32,000 nucleotides of DNA, taken from Candidatus Altimarinota bacterium (lineage in GTDB: Bacteria > Patescibacteriota > Gracilibacteria > UBA1369). This document shows, piece by piece, positions 23,849 through 30,551 of this stretch. Made by a program: the position numbers and the translations under genes. Below the pieces are notes generated by a model. It had not been told where the DNA came from and searched no databases. It saw only the letters and a list, made by a program, of their open reading frames with translations. The stretch is taken from positions 30,001-62,000 of the forward strand of contig JBAZYK010000010.1 of assembly GCA_041659405.1 (NCBI GenBank), read 5' to 3'. Position 1 is the stretch's first letter, and every line of letters starts with the position of its first letter.

Positions 23849-23877
23849 TTGACAAAGTGTAAGAATTTACGTATAAA
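23849..23877 (+). promoter_or_regulatory. Sigma70-like promoter (TTGACA-17 nt-TATAAA) for the 516-aa gene
   Basis: TTGACA at 23849-23854, a 17-nt spacer, and TATAAA at 23872-23877, 30 nt upstream of ATG 23907. Confidence 0.5.
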
Positions 23878-23906
23878 TTAGTACTCAATATTTTTTGTAG
23901 AATATT

Positions 23907-25457
23907 ATGCTAAATGGTGTACCTGATTCGGATCAAAATTTGGATGGAGTTGATTCTGTTGTGGGATCTGAAAAGTCGGTGGATTTTCAAGCGTTGGCTA
24001 AATCAATTGTTTCCAAACTTGATGCTGCCGGATTGAAAAATAAAGTTGAAGAAATTTATATGGGTGCAAGTTCGGAAATTCTGCAGGATAATCCAAAAAT
24101 ATTTTTTACTTTTATGCAGAGTGTTTTTGAAGTTGCCGGTGAAGTAAGCTATTTAAGGGATGAACTTGCCAGATTTGGTAAAGAAGCTGGTGTTTTAGAC
24201 AAAAAATCGTCTAGGGATGATGATGCAACCAAATTTTTAGTTAGAGGAGTTGATAAACTTTCGAGATTGGGATTAGAGGAAGGGAATCTCCAAGGGAGCA
24301 AATCAGCCGGTATGTCGCAGCAACTTCAAGAAAAACAATTTGTTGAGGCAAAGGAAAAATTAGCCGCTTTACAAAGTGTTTTAGGTCAAGAAGGGGATTT
24401 GGAATTGGCGCAGAAATATTATTTGAGTAGAATTGTAGGATTTTTTAATCAAGTTCAATCTTTCTTGGATGAGGTGGAATTATTTAAAACAGCAGCTGAA
24501 AAGCGTTTTGCCAAAATTGACAGAGGGACTCCGGAAGGGCAGGGGATACTTGTTTCATTGACTAGTCTTAGGGGGAGAGTTGAAGAATTGATTGTGTCGG
24601 AAAAATCTTTATTGGCTTGGCTTGAAACTTTTTTGAACGTAAATAAAGGATATATTGATCCGGGGATTCGAAGCGTGATTGAAGGACTCATTGGGGTAAA
24701 AGGGCCCGGGCGTTCGCGTGTGTCATTAGTGCCTAAGGAGCCTTTATTTGGGAGGGGTGCGGTTGGTTTGACTCCGACTCCGGGAGCGGTGGCGGTTGAT
24801 TCCGAGAGTGGGCATGGGCGGTCGGCGCAAAAAAAAGCGGCTGGTGGAGGTGAAAAAGTTGGTAGTGTAACAGCTATGGTTAAGGCTAATTCCCAAAGAA
24901 TTGGAGTCTTGAAGGCTATGGCGGCTGGAACAGCTTTGGCGGTGACTGTGGCACTTGGAATCGTGGGCGCAAGAAAAATGTTTTCCGGGGATCCGGTTTC
25001 TGCTCAGGCTGCCGGGCAAAATGGGAAGAGCAATGCCAAGGTTGCCGGATCACAAAATGTTGATGCCGGAATTGGTGTTGGTGAGCTGGCAAAGGCGGTT
25101 GAATCTGCGGGGTCGTCGATTGAAACAGCAAAACCAGCAATTGAACCGATTGTTGAACCGATTGCGGCGGCTTCTGCGGAGGTCATACAAGAAATTCCGG
25201 CAAAAGATGCAGGTGCGGTTTTAATTGATGCTGGTACTGTCTTGGGAGTTGAATCTGCGGCTCAGCATAAAAATTCACCAGTGGCTTCTGCTAAAGTTCC
25301 CGGAGCGGTTTCTTCAATCCCGGTTGCTCCTTCGTCAGCTGCTTCCTCAATTCCTGCGGCCGGTGTTTCGGCTGCACCTACGGCAAAACCGGAAGACGTT
25401 CCAATCAAACCAAAGGGGGACGTGGTTAATCCTTGGGGTGAACCTGAAGAAAAATAA
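23907..25457 (+). CDS. Hypothetical single-pass membrane protein (516 aa): helical N-domain, TM, Ala/Ser/Pro/Val-rich tail
   Basis: ORF behind a good promoter. The N-terminal ~330 aa look helical or coiled-coil-like. TM helix: GVLKAMAAGTALAVTVALGIVGA. The low-complexity C-terminal ~150 aa end in PKGDVVNPWGEPEEK. Confidence 0.7.
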   Translation: MLNGVPDSDQNLDGVDSVVGSEKSVDFQALAKSIVSKLDAAGLKNKVEEIYMGASSEILQDNPKIFFTFMQSVFEVAGEVSYLRDELARFGKEAGVLDKKSSRDDDATKFLVRGVDKLSRLGLEEGNLQGSKSAGMSQQLQEKQFVEAKEKLAALQSVLGQEGDLELAQKYYLSRIVGFFNQVQSFLDEVELFKTAAEKRFAKIDRGTPEGQGILVSLTSLRGRVEELIVSEKSLLAWLETFLNVNKGYIDPGIRSVIEGLIGVKGPGRSRVSLVPKEPLFGRGAVGLTPTPGAVAVDSESGHGRSAQKKAAGGGEKVGSVTAMVKANSQRIGVLKAMAAGTALAVTVALGIVGARKMFSGDPVSAQAAGQNGKSNAKVAGSQNVDAGIGVGELAKAVESAGSSIETAKPAIEPIVEPIAAASAEVIQEIPAKDAGAVLIDAGTVLGVESAAQHKNSPVASAKVPGAVSSIPVAPSSAASSIPAAGVSAAPTAKPEDVPIKPKGDVVNPWGEPEEK

Positions 25458-25466
25458 TTATTTTTC
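25449..25466. repeat. 18-bp perfect palindrome containing both stop codons of a convergent gene pair
   Basis: GAAAAATAATTATTTTTC is centred between 25457 and 25458. Both genes end ...E-K-stop using the same palindrome arms. Confidence 0.8.
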
Positions 25467-26405
25467 GGCTGATGAATCGGGCGTAATGCCTACCAAAGCA
25501 TTAATTTTTGCGTCAGTGGCGATTGCTAAGTTAGTCAACTCTTCCGTGCAGACATGATGTGCGGCAACGGCGTCTTTTAGAGCTGCGTCCGGGTCGTTTT
25601 TATCTGCCGATGCTTCCATTCCCACTTGTGTGAAAGAGTGCGCTTTTGATCCGTGAATTCCGGCGCGATGTTTCTGAATAGCTTGGTCTGGAATTTGCAG
25701 GGGGCCGCTATATTGTTGTCTTGTTTCAATAAAACGACCGATTTTGGTTCCTTCTTTTGATTTTTGTTGGCATGATTCCATTACGCTTTCCAGGTTTCTG
25801 ATTGTCGCTTCAATTTCTTCCAGATGTTTTAACAATTCTTTTATTTCAAGGACTTTTTGCAATGTTTCTTTGTTTGTACTAAGACCTTCAAAAAATAATT
25901 TTACAGTTGTTAAAGCGCCCGGCAGATGTTCGAGTTCTCTTAGTTTATCAAATAGTTCAGCATGGGTTTGGTCCGGTTGGGGTGTGTTTGCCAGTGTTCT
26001 GTTTCCGGTTTGAATAAAAGGTCCTACAGCTCTGAGCCAGTCGAATGTTAAAGATTTTATTTTTGCTTCTGCCGCGGTGATGATTTTTTGAGCTGCGGCA
26101 TCTATTGCTGCTCTTGAGTCATGACCTGCTAAGACCAAATCTGCCAATCCCGGTCTTTTTAATAGGGTTGCGCTTCCTACTTGTTCTCCGGGGCTAAACC
26201 TAATAGTTCTTTTGAATGCTGGAGGTGCCGCTCGTTCTACGGCAGCACGCGTTTCTACTCGTGGGGTTTTTATGGCAGGGGGAACTAGTTGGTCGTGTTG
26301 TTCCGGTTGTTTGTCTAATTCAATTACGAATCCTTCATTTTTGGTTACCAATCCATCATCTTCGGGTTCCGGTCGTCCATTTGCGTCAATCTTTTCTACT
26401 GACAT
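25458..26405 (-). CDS. Hypothetical soluble protein (315 aa), predicted helical
   Basis: Long ORF with no TM segment. The N-terminus is acidic and Pro-rich. The central part is a helical region rich in heptad-like L/E/K runs (LQKVLEIKELLKHLEEIEATIRNLESVMES). No family recognised. Confidence 0.7.
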   Translation of the reverse strand: MSVEKIDANGRPEPEDDGLVTKNEGFVIELDKQPEQHDQLVPPAIKTPRVETRAAVERAAPPAFKRTIRFSPGEQVGSATLLKRPGLADLVLAGHDSRAAIDAAAQKIITAAEAKIKSLTFDWLRAVGPFIQTGNRTLANTPQPDQTHAELFDKLRELEHLPGALTTVKLFFEGLSTNKETLQKVLEIKELLKHLEEIEATIRNLESVMESCQQKSKEGTKIGRFIETRQQYSGPLQIPDQAIQKHRAGIHGSKAHSFTQVGMEASADKNDPDAALKDAVAAHHVCTEELTNLAIATDAKINALVGITPDSSAEK

Positions 26406-26459
26406 AAAGAAAAATTAATTTGTAAGAGGAGGTCAATGTAGTGTTTTGACTTTGTTTCG

Positions 26460-27140
26460 TCAAATATTTTTCAGCATTTCTTTAACTTTAAACATTGGCA
26501 GGCCGATCACGTTGTCGTAATCGCCGTCGATTTTTTTGATCATTTTGCCGCCGCTGCCTTCAATCGAAAAAGCTCCGGAGATTTTTAGGGCTTCCGGGGC
26601 GCTCGCCAGCAGGTCAATTTCTGCCCGGGTCATTTTTTTGATTTTGAGTTTTGTGAGCACGCACGAAGTGCGCTTGCGCATGACTTTGCCGTTTATGTCA
26701 GTTTTTAAAATTGCCAATCCGGTGTAGACGCGAATGGTTTTTCCGCTCATGGAGCCAATAATTTGCTGGGCTTCTTTGATGTTTTTGGGTTTGCCGATTT
26801 TTTTTGTGCCAACCATGATAAAAGTGTCTGCGCCAATGATGATTGCGTTAGGCCATTTTGGGGCAACCGTTAGTGCTTTTCCCAAAGCCAAATGCGTGGC
26901 CAGTTTTCGTGGATGGCCGTGCGATAGCATGTCTTCGTCAAAATCGCTTGTGCACCAGGTAAAAGGTTTGTGCAGTTTTTTCATGAGCTGACGCCTTGCC
27001 AAAGATGCGGAGGCAAGAACAATTTGAGGGCTTGGGGAAAGCGAGCGATTCTTTGAAACTTCGTCATGATTCGTCGTTTCCTTTCGACCGCGAACCGTTT
27101 CCTTTTTACGGCTTGTTTTAGAGCTTTTTGTTGACATCAT
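26460..27140 (-). CDS. maf: Maf-family nucleoside-triphosphate pyrophosphatase with a basic N-terminal extension
   Basis: IVLASASLARRQLM, IIGADTFI and GAFSIEGSGGKMIKKIDGDYDNVIGLP are Maf signatures. About 38 extra N-terminal residues are rich in K/R/S/T. Confidence 0.85.
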   Translation of the reverse strand: MMSTKSSKTSRKKETVRGRKETTNHDEVSKNRSLSPSPQIVLASASLARRQLMKKLHKPFTWCTSDFDEDMLSHGHPRKLATHLALGKALTVAPKWPNAIIIGADTFIMVGTKKIGKPKNIKEAQQIIGSMSGKTIRVYTGLAILKTDINGKVMRKRTSCVLTKLKIKKMTRAEIDLLASAPEALKISGAFSIEGSGGKMIKKIDGDYDNVIGLPMFKVKEMLKNI

Positions 27141-27187
27141 TCTTGTTTTAGGGTAATGTGCTATCTCTGTATATACAAATCACAAAG

Positions 27188-28969
27188 ATGCGACAACTAA
27201 AATCTTATCTGAAATATACGTTCGGACTCGTTTGGCGTCAAAAAAAACAAGTAATTTCCTTGGTGCTTTTGATTGTGTTCGCGACTGCCGTTCGCTTGGT
27301 GCAGCCATATTTTTATAAGGTTTTGGTGGATACTCTTACAAACGGTGCGGCAAATAAATTTTTTACGAACGATCAGACCGGCTTTATGATCACGATTGTG
27401 CTTGTATGGTTTCTTTTTGCGGTTGCCAGTAATTTGCTGAATGCCCAGCTGAATTATGTTGTTTGGACGATTGGAAATCGCAATTCACAGTGGGTGCACG
27501 TTGATGGTTTTCGCAAATTATTAAAGATGGATTATGCCAAGCATACACTTAAACACTCCAGTAAATATGCCAAAATTGTGGATGAAGCCGATACCTCCAT
27601 GTGGGAAATGACCAACTGGTGGCTGGGAAGATTTTTCCCGGGCGTGATTGGTTTTGTGGCGATGTTGGCGATTGCCTTTAGTACAAGCGTAGAAATGACT
27701 TTGGTTTCACTCGCGGTGGTGCCTTTTGGTTTGGGGATAATTTTTTTCATGTTGAATAAATATGATGATGATCAGCGCAAAGTTAATAAACTTTGGAATC
27801 GGAAACATGAACATTTGAGTGACCAGATTTCCAATATCATTACTTATAAATTAAATCAGAATGAAAAACTTTTTGTGGAAGTGCAAAAGGATTTTAGTGA
27901 TCGGGCCACAAAAGCCCAGCATGCTTTAAATCAAAAATGGCGGCTTGTGGACATGCTTAATCCGGATGCGATTGCCAGGTTTTTGGTGATGGGTGTTGGT
28001 GTTTTTTTGGTTCAGCAGGGCAAAATTGGCCTGGGAACTCTTTTTATGTTTTTGGGTTTGTTGAATGAAATTTTGTCACCACTGCATTTTCTTGGAGATA
28101 TCTTGCCGCAATATAGCCGTCGTGCGCGTCATATTGATCGTTATCTGCAACTTTTGAATGATCCTGATGGAATTATCGATCCGGAAGATCCCAAGCCTTT
28201 AAAACAGGTTAAAGGCAAGATTGAATTTAAAAATGTCAGCTTTGCGTATCCCGGGAAAAAAGCGGAGGCGGGTTTTATAATTAAAGATTTATCTTTTGTG
28301 ATTGTTCCGGGTGAACACATGGCGATTGTTGGTCATTCCGGAGCAGGGAAGTCCACAATCATGGCATTACTTACACGTTTGGTTGATCCCGTTTCCGGCC
28401 AGGTTTTGTTGGACGGTGAAGATATTCGCAATTTTAAATTGGAAGAATATCATAAAATTATTGGAACTGTTTTGCAGGAACATTCTTTGTATGATGAAAC
28501 GATCGCCCAAAATATTGCCTATGGAGAGCCAAAAGCAACTCGTGAGGAAATTATTCAAGCGGCAAAAAAAGCGGCTGCGCATGAATTTATTGATGTGCTT
28601 GTTGAAGGCTACGATACTTTAATCGGCGAAAAAGGCGTGCGACTTTCCGGTGGTGAAAAGCAGCGAATTTCAATCGCGAGGGCGGTTTTAAAAGATCCGA
28701 AAATTGTGGTTTTGGACGAGCCGACCAGCGCTTTGGACAGTATCACCGAATCCAAAGTGCAAAAGGGTTTGGACACTTTGTTGAAGGGGCGAACGGCGAT
28801 AGTTATTGCGCATCGACTTTCCACTGTTCGTGAATCGGATAAAATTCTGGTTTTGGAAAAAGGCCGACGGGTTGATCTTGGCTCACACGCGGAGTTAATG
28901 AAAACCTGTAAAGATTATCAGGAAATGGTTAAATTGCAGACCAGCGGTTTTTTGGCTGATGAGGTTTAG
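27188..28969 (+). CDS. ABC exporter, fused permease/ATPase (MsbA/type I exporter-like)
   Basis: An N-terminal six-helix-type TM domain is followed by Walker A GHSGAGKST, Q-loop, signature LSGGEKQR, Walker B IVVLDEPTSALD and H-loop AHRLST. ATG 27188 (MRQLKSYLKY) is preferred over the track's upstream alternative start. Confidence 0.9.
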   Translation: MRQLKSYLKYTFGLVWRQKKQVISLVLLIVFATAVRLVQPYFYKVLVDTLTNGAANKFFTNDQTGFMITIVLVWFLFAVASNLLNAQLNYVVWTIGNRNSQWVHVDGFRKLLKMDYAKHTLKHSSKYAKIVDEADTSMWEMTNWWLGRFFPGVIGFVAMLAIAFSTSVEMTLVSLAVVPFGLGIIFFMLNKYDDDQRKVNKLWNRKHEHLSDQISNIITYKLNQNEKLFVEVQKDFSDRATKAQHALNQKWRLVDMLNPDAIARFLVMGVGVFLVQQGKIGLGTLFMFLGLLNEILSPLHFLGDILPQYSRRARHIDRYLQLLNDPDGIIDPEDPKPLKQVKGKIEFKNVSFAYPGKKAEAGFIIKDLSFVIVPGEHMAIVGHSGAGKSTIMALLTRLVDPVSGQVLLDGEDIRNFKLEEYHKIIGTVLQEHSLYDETIAQNIAYGEPKATREEIIQAAKKAAAHEFIDVLVEGYDTLIGEKGVRLSGGEKQRISIARAVLKDPKIVVLDEPTSALDSITESKVQKGLDTLLKGRTAIVIAHRLSTVRESDKILVLEKGRRVDLGSHAELMKTCKDYQEMVKLQTSGFLADEV

Positions 28970-29721
28970 ATTTTGCCTTTAAGATAAGCCTGGCGAAGTT
29001 CTTCCGGAAAGCGTTCAATGGCATAGCGAAGCATGGTTCGCGGCATTTTTTTGTAATGCAGTTTCAAAAAATATTCTTCGGCTTCCTGTGATCTTTTGCC
29101 AATTTCCCGCAGCATCCAGCCAACAGCCTTATGAATTAAATCGTGCTTATCTTTTAAAAGCATGGTGGCAATTTGAAAAGCGTAAACAAATTGATTTTTT
29201 TTGATGAAATAAAAAGTTGCGAGCACGCTGATTCGGCGATGCCACATATTTTTAGAATCGGCCAGCTCTTCCAGGAGTTCCGTTGGTTTAAAGGAGCGGA
29301 TGCCAACTTGAAAAATAGGTGCATGTTCAAAAAGATATGCTCCGATAATTTTATCGGCGGAAAGATCAACCAAATCCCAATTATTGATGTAATCAAGATG
29401 CATCATGTAAAAATCAAAAACGGCTTTCTGTACACTTTCTTGGCCTTTTTCATATTTGGCAACAAGAATTAGCAGTGCGGCTAGCCGTTCTTCGTGAATT
29501 GTGCTTTTGATAATCACATCGATCTCATCAAAAGTAAGATCTTGATATTTTTGGGCGATTTGACGAATTATTGGCACGTTGATGCCTGCGAATTTATCAC
29601 CTTCGCCATATTGTCCCGGACCGGTTTTAAAGAACCGTTGCAATAATGTGGCTTTAACAGGATTGGCATGAAGCATGATTTCCTGTTTGAGTTCTTGAAC
29701 TTTGGGGCTGTGTGTAGTCAT
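28966..29721 (-). CDS. DNA alkylation repair protein (AlkD-like HEAT-repeat family)
   Basis: LQRFFKTGPGQYGEGDKFAGINVPIIRQIAQKY...IHEERLAALLILV...NNWDLVD...WHRRISVLAT...VGWMLREIGK follows the AlkD/PF08713-type pattern. Start set at ATG 29721 (MTTHSPKVQELK). Confidence 0.85.
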   Translation of the reverse strand: MTTHSPKVQELKQEIMLHANPVKATLLQRFFKTGPGQYGEGDKFAGINVPIIRQIAQKYQDLTFDEIDVIIKSTIHEERLAALLILVAKYEKGQESVQKAVFDFYMMHLDYINNWDLVDLSADKIIGAYLFEHAPIFQVGIRSFKPTELLEELADSKNMWHRRISVLATFYFIKKNQFVYAFQIATMLLKDKHDLIHKAVGWMLREIGKRSQEAEEYFLKLHYKKMPRTMLRYAIERFPEELRQAYLKGKI

Positions 29722-29798
29722 GGTGGAGGTTTTTATTTTGGAGTCGAAAAAGGGGAGTGTCAGCAAATAGATGTTTGTTGATCAACTGAACTTGGTTT

Positions 29799-30551
29799 TT
29801 ATAAATAACTGATGGCTTTGATAACAAAGATGTGCCCTATGTATATGTAAAATGAGTTGCGGCCCAGAAAAGAGAGCATCTGGTTTTTAGGGAGGACTCT
29901 GGCGATTAAGAAGTATACTGCAAAAACTTGTGGAATAAAAATGAAATCATAAAAGTTTCCAAATGCCAAAATGATAAATGGGATAATGCAGGTTAATAAG
30001 GCAAAAATTGATTGTCTGTTTTTTAGGTTTGTTGCCGTGGAGTGAAGATCCCAATTGAGTGATAAAAAATATCCGACAAGTCCGTAAAGAAGAAAGGCGA
30101 GGTTATAGCTGTAAAAACCGCTCAAGTTAAGGATAATAATTGCAATTAAGCTGATTAATCCGCTGTAGATGGAATTTTTAATCAGTTTATCCATGGGAAT
30201 ACTGATCAGGATAAGCAAAGACATTGGCAGCAGAATTTCAAAAGAGAAAATTACTTGATTGCCTTTGATCAGTTCAAAAAGATTGAAATCGCTTTTTAGA
30301 TAGTTTGGAATGTTGAATATTAAAAAGCAGGCCAGAATTTTAAGCGCAAGAATGAGTTTTTTATGGGTTTTGTTCTGCAAAAATCTTGCCAAGATAACTC
30401 CCAGGAAAATAACAAAGCCCATTGGTATCCAATAAAAAAACCGTTGATCAAATTGCAGTGAAGTAAGGTTGGTGATGATATGAAAAATCACCATGCCTGT
30501 TAGCAGCAGTCCGCGGTAAATGTCATAAGATTGGATTCGTTGTTTTTGCAT
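29799..30551 (-). CDS. Polytopic membrane protein, DUF1624/acyltransferase-like
   Basis: About 8 hydrophobic helices. The N-terminal RIQSYDIYRGLLLTGMVIFHI resembles the R..s.D..RG......M...H start of DUF1624/heparan-alpha-glucosaminide N-acetyltransferase-like proteins. Its start overlaps the upstream stop (TAATG at 30549-30553). Confidence 0.6.
   Translation of the reverse strand: MQKQRIQSYDIYRGLLLTGMVIFHIITNLTSLQFDQRFFYWIPMGFVIFLGVILARFLQNKTHKKLILALKILACFLIFNIPNYLKSDFNLFELIKGNQVIFSFEILLPMSLLILISIPMDKLIKNSIYSGLISLIAIIILNLSGFYSYNLAFLLYGLVGYFLSLNWDLHSTATNLKNRQSIFALLTCIIPFIILAFGNFYDFIFIPQVFAVYFLIARVLPKNQMLSFLGRNSFYIYIGHIFVIKAISYL

Noticed and set aside
28966-28969. 4-nt overlap of the convergent ABC exporter and AlkD-like genes (also a 2-nt gap at 21565/21568)
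   Set aside because: Tail-to-tail abutment is common in compact genomes. Beyond the lack of terminators, nothing indicates a special function.
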